Source of the DNA: the human T2T-CHM13v2.0 reference genome, Homo sapiens
Strand: one strand, 5' to 3'
DNA length: 64,000 bases
Assembly (NCBI RefSeq): GCF_009914755.1
Contig: NC_060941.1
Positions 32,205 through 48,940 of the stretch are shown here, in pieces. Position numbers and translations under genes: made by a program. Under the pieces are notes generated by a model. That model ran no database searches and was not told the origin of the DNA. It saw only the letters and a list, made by a program, of their open reading frames with translations. Position 1 is the first letter of the stretch. Each line of letters begins with the position of its first letter.

Positions 32205-32675
32205 CGTACATATATGTATGTGTGTATATATATGTGTGTGTATATACTTATATGTATATATATATCACTATATAATAGTGAATATATGTATATTATTCAC
32301 TAATATACATATATGTATGTGTATATATATGTGTATCTATAATTATATGTATATATATCACTATATAATAGTGAATATAAGTATATTATTCACTAATATA
32401 CATATATGTATGTGTGTATATATATACACACATATATGCACACACACACACATATGTATATATATATACACACACAATCTTGGCTCGCTGCAACCTCCAC
32501 CTCCCACGTTCAAGCGATTCTCCTGTCTCAGCCCCCAGAGTAGCTAGCTCCCTCTCTCTCTCTATATATATATACACACACACATATATGTATATACATA
32601 CATACACATACATATATGTATATATACACACACACACATATATACACACAAATACATATATGTATATTAGTGAAT
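32205..32675. repeat. TA/CA-rich complex repeat with a 93-bp tandem duplication and inverted segments
   Basis: tcactatataatagtg at 32265 and 32358; attcactaatatacatatatgta (from 32388) occurs inverted, ending at 32675. Confidence 0.9.
32475..32545 (-). repeat. 71-bp inverted copy of part of the Alu at 32852-32922
   Basis: 68/71 identical to the reverse complement of 32852-32922, sharing non-consensus bases. Confidence 0.92.
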
Positions 32676-32720
32676 CTACTTAGAAAGAATTTTATTTTGA
32701 AAATAAGCTATAACCAACAA

Positions 32721-32939
<219 letters not shown>

Positions 32940-32984
32940 TATACATTGCATAGGCTCACCAGTACAACAAAACCAGTTTGTTGA

Positions 32985-33290
<306 letters not shown>

Positions 33291-33304
33291 ACACTCACTA
33301 CTTA

Positions 33305-33620
33305 TTTTTATTTTTTATTTTTTACTTTTGAGACAGAGTCTTGCTCTTTTGTCCAGGCTGGAGTTCGAGTCCAGGCTGGAGTGCAGAGGCACGATTTCAG
33401 CTCACTTCAATCTCCACCTCCCAGGTTCACGTGATTCTTCTGCCTCAGCCTCTTGAGTAGCTGGGACTACAGGCGTGCACCGCCACGCCTGGCTAATTTT
33501 TGTATTTTTAGTAAAGATGAGGTTTCACTATGTTGCCCAAGCTGGTCTCAAACTCCTGACCTCAAGTGATCCGCCCATCTCAGTCCCCCGAAGTGCTGGG
33601 ATTACAGGTGTTAGCCGCCA
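33305..33620 (-). mobile_element. Alu with short internal tandem duplication
   Basis: gtccaggctggagt occurs twice, 18 bp apart; TSD cactacttattttt. Confidence 0.95.
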
Positions 33621-33636
33621 CTACTTATTTTTGTAA

Positions 33637-33965
<329 letters not shown>

Positions 33966-34522
33966 TGTGCATTTATTTAAGAGAATAAATATTGTGTTCA
34001 TTTTTACAGACCCCCACAGAGCCTGATGCATAATAGCTCCTTGATAATATTTGTTGATTGAATGAATGGTAGCTATTTTAATGGTCAGAGCCACCTGGAC
34101 TCATTTAAGTTGCAATCTATGCATACGAGATTGGACCATATCCAGGCAAGAATTCCAGATTCATCCTGTCCTTGTCAGTACCCTAGTTGGGTTAACTGAA
34201 ATGACTGCCTGGAACACAAAGTCTTTAATAAAATGATATTACTATGCTCTATAAATCTATAAGTTACAGCCTGCCCTTATTTCCCTTATTTAAATTTTTC
34301 CTGCCCTCTTGCATTTTGTATCAAAAGCAACCTAAGTTTAATAACTTCAGCAAAGGTAAACATTTCTTCCTTTTGCTTTAAGATTCCCAGTGTATGTGTA
34401 TTCAATCAGCAAATGTTTGTGAAGCGACCTACTGTACACTTGGCAGCAGGCTGAAAGACAAAAGGCCACCTCCTGATACATCCTTATTGCTGATTTTGTT
34501 AATGGTAGAGGTGACAAGGTAG

Positions 34523-35260
<738 letters not shown>

Positions 35261-36704
35261 AGAAATATATAGACCTCCTCTTTCCACCCCCTTCCTCTAG
35301 TAGCTTGTCCTTTATCTTCCCTTCCTCTATGGAAAAGCATATTGTAAATTAAAGAAGTCAAAAATGCAAGAGGGTATTCTGTATTTTTACTTTTACTATG
35401 ATCTCCGTTTTCCCAGAAAGTGTGTAGACCCTCCTTATCATCCCTCAGCTCTATTCCTTGGCCCATTCCTTTCTGGAATTTGTTTCTCAAGCCATCGGCA
35501 CTGCATCCCCTCCAGTGGTTTGAAACCGGGCAAGACTTTGCATTCCAAAGCAAAAGTGGAAATCAGATGCTCTTAGCAATCCCTGTGAATGCCGGGAAAT
35601 CCCGTGGCATTTTCTTACAGAAACAGGTTATACTGGGTGGATGGGTTTAAAGCATTATTCACAGGACTAATTGTATGACTTGGAGCAGCCTCGGTTTCCT
35701 CATCTTTCCTCATTTTTCCTCATAAAATGACTTCTACTCACTTAAGGCCTGTTCCAGGTTCAAAGATCTAGGATTCACTTATGTTATCAGTTAAATAGGC
35801 TTTTGTTGGGCTGATGGTGGAGGCTCCCCATTGAAATATTGTGTATCTGGGAAATATATGCAGAGCTAAACAATCAGATTAACGAGTGAACTTTTGATGT
35901 ACCATCTGTTTATTATGGTGGTTCTACCATGAAATCTGTTGCAAAGATAATACTAACAAAGCAGAAAAGTGCATCTTAATATTTACATGGATTACAATAA
36001 GAATTGGTAATGACTCATGAACTGGTAATCTCAGCGGCTCCCATTCTATCCTGGTTAATGCTTTACTTGAAGCTGAGTTTTGTTCCACTAATTATTTCTT
36101 CATACCTGCATCCTAGGCAGTAATAAAGGGGTCTCTATATAAGGCAAAGAATATGGAATTAAGTAAGCGAGGTACCATATATGAATAGGTACAAGAAGAG
36201 ACTGAAACATGTTAGAATTTGTGTTTTGATACTTGTCAGGGAGAACTCCTGGGATGATGTTTTACCTAATACTTAATGATATCTGACTGCTCTGCTCTGC
36301 AGGGAGCACAGCCATGTGGTGCTCATTGGCTGATGTTTGTTAGGAAGTGGGCCATCTGTAGCCAGGAAGGCTTGAGATAATCAGGAGGGGGAAAGTGGGA
36401 GGAGAATGGATTGTATGGAGCTGTGAAATGCCATTGTGGTGAGTTTCCTTTCATTGTGTATTGATTGGGTTTTCTAGAGGACAGCTCTGGACTGAGTCTT
36501 TTTCCATTTTCACTGTTGCTAGGTTGACTGTTAAGTAATGCTTTTAGACTTCTTGGTGAGACAACTGAGAACATCCTGGAACTACCATACTATAAAAATG
36601 TTAATGTGTACATATCTATGTATAACAGTAACTCCCAAATCTCAGTTTTTATTCAGTCTTTTCCTTGAAGCTTAAGAATTGAGTAAGCAGTTGTTTGCTG
36701 GATT

Positions 36705-37008
36705 TCTTTTCTTAGTTTCGTGTTTTTTTTTTGTTAGAGTCTCACTCTGTCACTCAGGCTGGAGTGCAGTGGCATGTGATTTCAACTCACTGCAACAACC
36801 CAGGTTCAAGTGATTCTCCTGCCTCAGCCTCCCAAGTAGCTGGGATTACAGGCATGTGCCACCACGCCCAGCTAATTTTTGTATTTTTAGTAGAGACGAG
36901 GTTTCACCATGTTGGCCAGACTGGTCTCGAACTCCTGACCTCAAGTGATCCACCTGCCTTGGCCTCCCAAACTGCTGGAATTACAGGCATGAGCCATCAC
37001 AACTGGCC
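36705..37008 (-). mobile_element. Alu (AluS)
   Basis: Antisense dimer; TSD tggatttcttt. Confidence 0.95.
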
Positions 37009-37309
37009 TTGGATTTCTTTACCTGGTTGGTGCCTGAATCTTAACCTGTTTCAGCCCAAGTGCACCCCTTCCCGCATTCCTAGATTGCTTCTCCTGTGAT
37101 AGTGTTCTCAGTTGTTACCTGCTATTTCCCTAGAAGGACCTTTAGTGTAATTCAGAGTTCCTTCTCCCCATCTCTACCATCACTAATCCAATCCAGGCCC
37201 TTCTCATCCTTCATTTGAGCCTCTGCTGTAATCTCTCAATTAGTTTTCCTGACTCCAGTTTCATCCTCTATTTGACCCACTCTCCATCTGCCACCAGAAT
37301 GACTAAGGA

Positions 37310-38005
37310 AGTAATTCAACAACCATTTACGAGCCAATTACTCTTTTCAGGCTGGGATAACACAGCCAACGAATCACTGTTTCTGCTCTCGCAAAACTTA
37401 GTTTCTAGTACTGAAGGCCAATAAAGCTGTGTACGCAAACATAACTAATGTGTTTATAAACTGTTGCAAAGGAAACAAACCAGGATTTGAGGTGGAGGAT
37501 GAAAGGGAAGGTATCCTTTGCGTAGGGTTGATGAACAAGGGCTGTCCTTGATGATGACATCGAAGCTGAGTTCGAAAAGGTGCGAAGAAACTAGAAGAGG
37601 AATGAAGGGAGCCAGGGGTGTCCAAAGGAGAGAATACAGTTATGGGTTCTTAGTTTCTGTTTCTGGTTGGGCCAGTAAAGCCCCTTCATCATCCCTCTTT
37701 TCTGCTTATCACTAGAGAGAGAAACTAAAAACCATGATTTCAGGCTGCAAAAAGCCTAAAACAAAACAAAAGAAAACAGAACAACAAAAACAACAAAAGG
37801 CGGGTTGAACAAGCAATCCAGACAGAATGAACAGTCTGTGCAAAGATGTGTAAGAGCTTATTGGTTTCAAAGAACTGAACACTAGAAGAGAGTGATTAAT
37901 GCACAGAGCAATTGAACAAGTCATGGGAGATGGGATCAGAAAAATGGGCAAGAATCGTGTTACAGAGGCCCTTGTGGTCTGCAGCAGAGAGTGCAGGACC
38001 TATTT
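37310..38005 (-). mobile_element. L2 fragments
   Basis: attcaacaaccatttacgagcc...ggctgggataacacagc antisense L2 3' end and downstream L2-like blocks. Confidence 0.55.
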
Positions 38006-38390
38006 TCTAGGGGAGAATAGACCCCACTTTCTTGTAATTGTGGAAATGAGATCCCTGTTTTCTTGCTGGCTGTCAGTTGAGGACTGTCGCTAGGTTCTAG
38101 GGGCCACATGCATTCCTTGAGTTCTGTCCCCTTCCTTCATCTTAAAAGCCTGCAAGGCTGGTCAAGTTCTTCTCACATTGCATCTCTCTAACCAACCCCT
38201 CTACCTTCCTCTTCCACTTTTAAGGACTATTTTGAGCCCGCTCAAAATATCCAAGTAATCCTGATCAATCATTAACTTTAATCACATCTGCAAAGATCGT
38301 TTTGTCATGGAAGGTAACATATTCACAGAATCTGGGAAGTAGGACATGGACAGCTTTGAGAGTGGAGTGGATATTATTCTGCCTACCACA
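38005..38390 (-). mobile_element. MaLR LTR (MLT1D/E-like)
   Basis: ttaatcacatctgcaaag...ggtaacatattcacag...tattctgcctaccaca terminus. Confidence 0.75.
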
Positions 38391-38423
38391 AAGGTAGAGT
38401 CAAATGAGAAAAGTATCTATAGG

Positions 38424-38806
<383 letters not shown>

Positions 38807-38855
38807 TCATGGTCGGTGGAGCAATGAAAGCAGAAGTTAGAAAGTAGAAACAATG

Positions 38856-39158
38856 GGCCTGGCATGGTGGCTCATGCCTCATGCCTGTAATCCCAGAACT
38901 TTGGGAGGCTGAGGCGGGTGGATCATTTGAGTCCAGGAGTTCAAGACCAACCTGGGCAACATGGCAAAACCCCATCTCTACAAAAAAAATCCAAAACGTT
39001 AGCTGGGCATGGTGGTGTGTGCCTGTAGTCCTAGCTACTCAGGAGGCTAAGGTGGGAGGATCCCTTGAGCCCAGGAGGTAGAGTTTGCAGTGAGCCTCAT
39101 CACACCATTGCACTCCAGCCTGGATAACAGAGCGAGACCCTGTTGCAGAAAGAAAACC
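38856..39158 (+). mobile_element. Alu (AluJ)
   Basis: J diagnostics; TSD aaagtagaaacaatg. Confidence 0.95.
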
Positions 39159-40194
39159 ATAAAGTAGAAACAATGTAGTGTGTAGACAACTCTTTAGATA
39201 ACTTGGATTATGGCTGGAGGGGATGTGGAATGAACTGAAGCATTTTTTTAGGCAAATACAAATGATGTTTACTGATAAGAATAAACCAGGCAAAAGTAGC
39301 ATGATGATGATACTCGGAGCATCACCAAGATGAGGCCCTGGAATCCTTCATCCAGGGAGGATAGATGCTTCATCCGTCAGGGAAGGGAGGAAACCCTGCA
39401 AGGAAGCACTGGAATCTTTCCCAGGACAAGAGTGGATGAATCCAGAGCCAGCAGAGAGCTTGGCCTTTGATGGGAGGGACATGCCCCCTTGTGTATAGAA
39501 GGGAAGATGGAGGATTTGGATGCTTTGTGACATTGTGATGGGAGATAAGTGAAGTGCCATCTCATGGCTTTTATTTTGTCAATGAAGTATGAAGCAGGGC
39601 ATCATCTAACAGAACTGTGACCATACCAACCTTGCTTCAAACTCCTCAACGGCACTACCTGCTTACCTCTGTTTTTGTTTCCTGGTGCTGTCTGCCTAGA
39701 ACTTGACACTACCTCCTCACACATTCTGCCTAGCCCTCTGGACACACCACACCTCTTTGCTTTTGATGGTGTGTTTGCTTATGGCCTTTACCAGAATGCC
39801 TTGCCTCTTCTCACTTTCCCTTTTACCGTCTCCCATCCCCACCTCCCAATGCACACTCCTTTTCCAGGAACCAGCCTTGAAACACACCCTCACCCTGGCT
39901 GTTTATAGGGGCAGAGGCCCTGGTGCTTTCATTGTGAAATTCACAGCACCTAGGACAGTACCTGCACACAGGAAGAGCTCAGTATATGTTTTTCAATATA
40001 ATAACTTCATTGCAGGTAAATTAATTGATTGAGCATATATCTCAAACTATCAAAATAGGGTAGGAAAAAAATGAACTGTATTAAGCGGAAAAGAACTGTT
40101 GTTATACTCTTTGATGACTTGGTATGATTTCATTTTGCTCACTCTCAACCACCAGCTTTCAGTGGGCTCAAGCATTCAAAATGTCAACTTTACA

Positions 40195-40690
40195 AAGTCA
40201 TGAAATCAACCTAAGCATCCATCAGTGGTTGACTGGATAAAGAAAATGTGGTGTATATATATGCCATGGAATACTATACAGCCACAGAGGAGAATGGAAT
40301 TATGCCTTTTGTAGCAACATGGATGGAGCTGGAGGCCATTATCCTAAGTGAAGTAACTCAGGGACAGAAAACAAAATACTGCATGTTCTCACTTATATGC
40401 TGGAGCTAAACAGTGCATACATAAAGATGGAAATAATAGACACTGGGGACTCCAGAAAAGGGGAGAGTGGAAAGTGGGTAAGGATTAAAAATATTACCTA
40501 CTAGGCGCAATGTTCACTATTCGGGTGATGGGTACACTGGAAGCCCAAACCTCATGATTATGCAATACACCTATGTAACAAACTAGCACGTGTACCCTTG
40601 AATCTAAAATAATAGAATACAATAAAATAAAGGAAAACAAAAAAACCCAAAATAGCAAATAAAAAATTCCATAAATAATTCATATGTTAA
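40195..40690 (+). mobile_element. L1PB-type 3' end
   Basis: gactggataaagaaaatgtgg...ctattcgggtgatgggtacactggaagcccaaacc; TSD aaaatgtcaacttta / aaagtgtcagcttta. Confidence 0.9.
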
Positions 40691-41123
40691 AAAACACAAC
40701 AAAGTGTCAGCTTTAAATCTGTATTATTCTGTAGGCTGTAAAGTCTGTGAGAGAAAAGATTATGGTTCAGCCCTCCTTGTATTGTCAGTACTTGACACAA
40801 AATATAAAGCCTGTAGAAAGTATTAAAATGTTTAGATGAATGATTTCGTATGATTTAAAAATTACTATCTGTTTCTAGAAGCTGCAGTATCTAGCACATC
40901 TTCCCCGCGGGGATGTCCTTCTGTTCTGATTGGCCTTTAGAGAAAGTAGTCTGATACCACCCTGATTTTTATCTCTTTATCCATTTCAGAGGCCTTGGGT
41001 TATTCTGAGCATGTTGATTTCAAGTCCTGTAAAGCTGAGTGACTTAACATATCGTTCTTCAACTTGGTGTTTTTAAAGAGCCAAACATATTCACACATGC
41101 TACAAATGCATGCTAGCTCTGCA

Positions 41124-41255
41124 TTTGGTTACTTGATGAGTTCAAAAGAAGCTCAAATCTCAGCATTAAGCACCATACTCCCTGTTACAAGGCCGCACAT
41201 GTACCCCCGAATCTAAAAAAAAAGTTTAACATTAACAATAATAAATTACAAATAA
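41124..41255 (+). mobile_element. Very short L1PB/PA 3' terminal fragment
   Basis: aaatctcagcatt...gcacatgtacccccgaatctaaaaaa. Confidence 0.7.
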
Positions 41256-41286
41256 ATATGCATCGTTATAAGCAAGATTTGTAGTG

Positions 41287-42184
<898 letters not shown>

Positions 42185-44088
42185 TATTTTGAGTGGAATA
42201 ATTTGCAACTGAAAAAAGTTTACAAAAATAGGATTAATTTCTGCAGAAAATGTTCACAGTAAAATGCCAAGGGATAAAAATGGTATTAAAAATTATATAC
42301 ACAGTATGGTCTTAATTTTAGGAGAAAATTCTATATCTATGCAAGCATATATAGTTATAGGTTTGTGTACAAAAATGGCTGTAAAGTAATACACCAAAAT
42401 ACTAATAGCAGTTTTGCCTGGGTAGTGGAATTTGGGTAATTTCAGCTTTCTTCCTTATACCTTTCTTTATTTTCTAAATTTTATAATAAATATTTTCTTT
42501 TTGAACTCAGGAAATCTATGGTATTTATTTTTCAAGGTAAATTTTTCTTTAAGCATCAGTGGTAAAATTACTTTTGTCCCCCTCCAGTGTTGAAGAGTGC
42601 AAGAAATTGGGAGTCCTAGGTTTGAAATGTTTTTAGCTAAGAGGACTAGAGAATGGCAGTTAATGTACATCAATGATAATTGATCCAGGAGACGCTTTGG
42701 AGTTGACTTAAAATGTAAAAATGTGTTCAGGGTTCAATATATCTATTTTCAAGGTGTTATTGATCAGATCTGTTTGGTTTCATCACCTCTGGCAGATGTT
42801 CCAGTGGTTTCTTAGGAGAGCCTCCCTCTACCCTGGTATGTGTGATCGTAAGCCAGACTTTCTGAATGCAGCTTAATGCCCAAGACCAAAATAGACTAGT
42901 GAGTCACTTGGACATATTCTGAATCAAAGATTTAAAAACCAAAGCATGCAAATAAATGCTCCTAATGCCTTAGCTCAGAGTAAACATCAGTTAATTTTAA
43001 TTTTAAGGCTAGCCAAATGGCTATTGCTTAAGGCGGCCAGAGTGATGTTAATGTGAAGAGCTGGCTCCGTATGGGCAAGGGCTACATGTTTTGGTGTGTT
43101 ATGGTATTTATGGTATGCTATTTCATTTTAATTAATTTTGTGTATTCTCTATGATACTAACACAATGTTGGGCATGTACAAAGTGCTGAGTCAATGACAG
43201 AGACCAGAGCAGAGGAGAGTAATATAAAGTACTGATTGATGAGGATGTCATAGGTTGGCTGAGTCTGCCCTGCTTCGTGGCTTTTGTCTTGGTTTAATCA
43301 TTAATAGTATCCTCTTTTACTCTCAAAAGTCTTTCATTTGGATGATTGTTTTATAGGGCCACTTTTTGACTGAGGTGGCTGAGTAAAATCTTCTAGATTC
43401 CATGCGTTCATCTCTGCCTGAACAGCAGTTGTCTGCCTGGCAAAAATGTAAGAGCCACACCCAAAAGCACATGCTTTTTAATGCTCCCTCTCTCCTTCTT
43501 ACCCTGCGTAATGGCTGCAGTTTTGTACTAAGCCTTTTCAGATAGATTAAATGGAACTGTTGAAGAAGCCCTAGAGGATTAAAGCTCTGGACAAGTTGAT
43601 CTCTTTCTATGACCACAGCTGTTCCAGATGGTGGTAATACTTCTAGGACCCTGAATGCTGCATTTGGGGCCAATGGGATGAAATCCCAAGAGCACATTGA
43701 AACTGACAAGCTGCCTTGACATTTGCTCTTTAGCTCCTAAGCCATGGATTCACTTCTTCTTTATGGCGGTTTGCACTTCTGTTTCCTTTATTCCTTCAGG
43801 GACTCCTGCTCCATCCCCTTTTTTCTTTAGAAGAATGAGAATTTAAAAGGCAGCATGTCTAATTCACTGAGGATTCAGTGCCCCTTAATTGCCTTAGAAG
43901 CCTGAAAAGTCAGGCTCTAGGAATAAGCTCAGAGGACTCAAATTGAGACAAACATTTGTATTTTGACAAAAGCTGTGCAGTCTTCTGATTCCTGCCCTCA
44001 AAGCAGAGTGTAATAAATGAGATTGAGAAAACACTTGTATTTTCTGAATTAGGGTTTAAGTTCCTGGAAACCTCTTGTTCTTGTTTAA

Positions 44089-44410
<322 letters not shown>

Positions 44411-44571
44411 CTGTGTTTGTTTAAAAATGAAAATGGTTCTAAACTTTTCTTGGGTCACTGAGCCCTCTGAGAAAATGATGACTGAGGATTTTCTCCTCTC
44501 ACGTGTGTACACACAAAGAACATTTTATATATAACTTCAGAAGTCTTATGTTGCCTATTCCACTCTGGATT

Positions 44572-44895
44572 GTAGGTTAATATAGGAGATAGTTGGTTGC
44601 CTTTCCCATATCCATGCTCTGTAGCCTGCATTCCTTCTTCCTAGGAGAAACCTTATTATCTCCAGGTAGCTCACCCTCCTCCATGGGATGGTGTGTTTGA
44701 GAGGGGGCCCTGGCCTCTGGTCCCAGGGGTGGTGGGGATGGAGGAGAATGATTGGTCTAAACCAATCATGATGGTCCCCTGTCTCCTTTGCTAGAGACTG
44801 GTTCAGCCATGGGTATGTGATACATTTCTCACAAATAAGAGGAGTGTAATCCTGCCGGGTAGCTTTGGGACAAAGTTTCATCACTCTTAAGATGC
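44572..44895 (+). mobile_element. Old MaLR LTR fragment (MLT1I/J/K-like)
   Basis: atgattggtctaaaccaatcat and gactggttcagccatgggtatgtga motifs. Confidence 0.55.
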
Positions 44896-44899
44896 GAAC

Positions 44900-45310
44900 C
44901 ATGTAGTAGTATGGATGAAGCAATCTCGAAACCCTTTTTAGGTGTATAATAAGGTTGAGCAAATGAGAAAAGGCAGAAATAGCCCTATGGAGTGGATTGG
45001 AATTGGCATATTGGTGTGAATTGAATTTATGATTTCTAAAATATGCAAGTGAATGCATATATGTGTGTTTATGTGCAGATGTATGTATGTGTATATTTAT
45101 AAATATGTGTGAAGACATATATATGTATAGTATACATACGGTCATATATTTCCTAGCTCTGCCTCTTAAAAGGACCAAGAAGAAATGAGATCCCAATAAC
45201 AATGAGAACACCTGCTACCCAGATTCTGACACCATTCTTCACTAAAAAACCCCTCAAAAACAAAACCAAAAAACCAAGCTACCTTGCAGAAATTCCAGGG
45301 CCGGGGCGTG
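44900..45310 (+). mobile_element. L1MC-type 3'UTR fragment
   Basis: cctagctctgcctcttaaaaggaccaagaag...acaatgagaacacctgctacccagattctg. Confidence 0.6.
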
Positions 45311-45339
45311 AATCAAGGTGATACTGGAATCGCAGATTG

Positions 45340-46040
45340 TGTTTCTCAGGCTAGTCTCCTAACTAAGCCTTTAACAGGCCAATCCAGTCTTCAGTTAAGC
45401 TGGATGCTTGTGAATGAGGTGGTATATGAGAAAACTCATGGAGTCCCTACTCATACACTCATTGCTGCACCTCCTTTGACATATATCGATCCCTGGGTCT
45501 GAAGCAATGTTGTGTGGGATACTACACTGATAGATTAGGCATTCTTATGTTCTCAAATAGTGGCACTTGCAGAGACCCTAAAGGCAGAGAAAGCAAACCC
45601 AAACCTGGAGTACATGTCAATTTATGTAAGCATGAATTTCTATCTCCCCTCTCCTTTTTGGGGTGGAAGTGGTCTGTTATGATCAGCCTTTCCCCAAGGG
45701 CCTGGCTGATATCTGTGAAGGTGCTATAGAGATTGGCATCTCCCTCTGCCATTGGTTGGCTGGACCATTCAGCAGTGGTAATAGCTAGGTCATTGCTAAG
45801 AGAAAGCCCACAATACCGAGCCCACATACAGCCTTTATCCTGCCACCTGAGCCATCTCATCCATGGGCCCATTGTGCTAGCACTGGTTGTCTGAGAAGAA
45901 GACTCTGGCTGACATCCACAGGGGAGTCATGCATTCAACCAGCCACCACTGGATCTTCTCATTCACATGGCTTGAGTGACAGGGCAGATTGTACCAGAGC
46001 CTGCTGCTGCTGAGTCCTCTCCTGCTTTGGACCACATTTC
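45340..46040 (-). mobile_element. ERVL internal remnant (decayed pol integrase)
   Basis: Minus-strand translation pieces AQWAH...DKGCMWARYCGLSLSNDLAITTAEW, IDMYSRFGFAF and PHNIASDPG correspond to ERVL integrase segments (AQWAHEQSGHGGRDGGYAWAQQHGLPLTKADLATATAEC, IDTYSGYGFAY, PHSIASDQG); frameshifted. Confidence 0.8.
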
Positions 46041-46560
46041 TGCTGTCTGCTAACTGAATACAGAGCTTGAAATAAAGAATTGCATGCAAGAGACTTATTT
46101 GTCAATGTGATCCCAAGGAGTAGGAGGGACGAGGGGGGATGAAATAGGGAAGGAAGGAAAGCCAGTACAGCCGCCATGCTAGGTACAACTGATGTTCAAT
46201 CCCATCAGATCTTCTAGGAGACTCATGAAATTTATCTCAGCACTGTAAGGAACTAATGGGGTTATCGTCTCCTGTCCATCATTGTTCATTGGTCACAGCT
46301 GGTCCCACATGTTTTAGCTCCCAGGTTGTGCATGTCAGCTGTCCCAGAAGCTTTCTTCAGGTGTCGGAGAAGTCTGAGGGCAGGAGTCCAGAGATAGAAG
46401 GCATCTGGTACAGCCAAAAATGAGGTGCCATCAAGTTGCACCTGTTTGGAAGTTGGTTGGAACCTCTGCTGGATTGGAAGGCTGCATCGGGGACTGAAGT
46501 GGGAGGTGAGAGGAGATAAATTAGGAGTGTTACATAAATTGTGTCCCATGCACACACTAC
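46040..46560 (-). mobile_element. ERVL LTR (LTR16/LTR33-like), probable 5' LTR of the adjacent internal remnant
   Basis: cagagcttgaaataaagaattgcatgcaagagacttatttg...gtgatcccaagg antisense LTR end. Confidence 0.55.
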
Positions 46561-46569
46561 ACTCCAAAG

Positions 46570-46780
46570 GGTCTAATGAGGAAAATGCAGGCTTTGAACA
46601 AGCCACACCTGGCTCCACTCTTATCTAGTTGTAATACTTTGGTTTATTTACCTGACTATTCTAAAGTTCAGTTTCTCGTCTGCACAATGAGGATATCAAC
46701 TCGTTATGCAACTGGGAGAGTTAGCAGATGTGACATCTGTTAAGTTCCTGCTTTGGGCCTGGTATTGACTATGCAAAGCA
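46570..46780 (+). mobile_element. MIR
   Basis: cctggctccactcttatctagttgt...cagtttctcgtctgcacaatgaggata. Confidence 0.65.
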
Positions 46781-47377
46781 GCAGATGCACAGATAACTTT
46801 CTAGTCTTGTAGATGGAAGGGAAGGGAAGGAGATAGTGGATGAGGGACGGGTTCATAGGAAGAGGGCATTGGACAAAAATGCAGGAAAAAGAACTCTTCA
46901 TAAACAGAGAGTGGTGTGCATGTGTTACAGGGAGAGAGGACAGGTAAAGGTGTTAAAGGTGGCAAGATTAGTATGGTCAAAGTAGAGTCCAGACCAAGAT
47001 TGGGTGTGTTCCAGGAAATAGCGGGACTTCCATTTGAGTGCCTTATAGTTATTTCTTAGGAGTGGACACAGAAGACAGCACAGCTGGGGTAGGCGCTTGA
47101 ACGCCAGTTTGAATAGTTTGAATTATACTTGGTAGGCAGCCTAGAAGGAGCTATAGACAACTTCTCCAAAGACTGGAAATTCAACCAAAGAGGCCAGTTT
47201 GCTTTCTAGTTTCCCCATTCCCTCAGCTCATTCAGGCCACGCAGGAAGTTACCATTGCATATGTGTCCTTCTTGTAGCCTCTGGGGATATCACTGTGTAA
47301 CTTACTCATTCCAGAAGAGACATATGGGAAGATGGGGGTGGGCAGGAGTAGGGGGCTAGCTCTCATTCATGTTTTAC

Positions 47378-47667
<290 letters not shown>

Positions 47668-48211
47668 TCATATTTTACTTTCAAGGCGTAGTGTATAGTG
47701 CCCCGTGCTAACTAACGTATAGTAAGTACTGAGTAAATATTTGAGGAGAGGATGAGTGAATGAAAGTGCTATGTATTTATCTCTTCCAGTTCTTTTCTTG
47801 GTGGCACTGTTAGCTTATGTGGCTCCTTGGGTAAGACATTTGCCTGCCTTGTGCCAGAGCCAGCCGTGAGCTAGCACAGGGGCGAACTTCTCTTAGGTTC
47901 TGAGGTTGAAGACTTTGGACAGGTTTTGAGCTTAGATGCATATTGAATGTGTGTGTCTCCATTTTTCTTTCTAGGTCTGATGTGGCTGTGTTTCAGCCTG
48001 TGCTTATACAGTATTCAATTCACTGAAAAATAATGTGGTTGTGTAAACACTCAGAAGGAAGTGTGGTGTGACCGGTGATCACAGCTTCTGCCAGAATATC
48101 TAGAACAGGATGCATTCTGCGATGAAAGAGATGACTACAATAGCTGTAGCTATTTATTTTATAAAAAAAAATTCTTAGCCCTAGTTCATGGCCTACTTCT
48201 TCCAAGCAGTA

Positions 48212-48530
48212 CAGGTCAAGCATCCCTAATCTGAAAAGCTCCAAAATGTGAAACTTTTTGAGCACCAACATCATGCCACAAGTGAAAAATGCCACACTCG
48301 GGTACTTAACACAAAGTTTGCTTCAGGTGCAAAATTATTTAAAATATTGTATAAAATTACCTTCAAGCTATGTGTAAAGGGGTGTCTGTGAAACATAAAT
48401 AAACTTTATGTTTAGACTTGGGTTTCATCCCCAAAATATCTCAGTGTGCATGTACAAATATTCCAAAATTAAAAAAAAAATTCAAAACACTTCTGGTCCC
48501 AAGCATTTCAGATAAAGTATATTCAATCTG
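48212..48530. mobile_element. Tigger4/MER46-family DNA transposon
   Basis: TA-flanked TIRs caggtcaagcatccctaatctgaaa ... tttcagataaagtatattcaatctg. Confidence 0.85.
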
Positions 48531-48633
48531 TATTAAATGTAACAAAATTTCAGTAACATGACAGAATCTGAGCAATGACTTGGAGGCTTATGTCACTGAT
48601 TTTGCCTTACTGTGAGAATATTTGGGGAGCTGA

Positions 48634-48940
<307 letters not shown>

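Noticed and set aside
44555-45211. Longest ORF in the track (218 aa, minus strand)
   Set aside because: It runs across an MLT1-like LTR, an L1 3'UTR fragment and a TA-rich stretch, with no recognisable domain; chance ORF.
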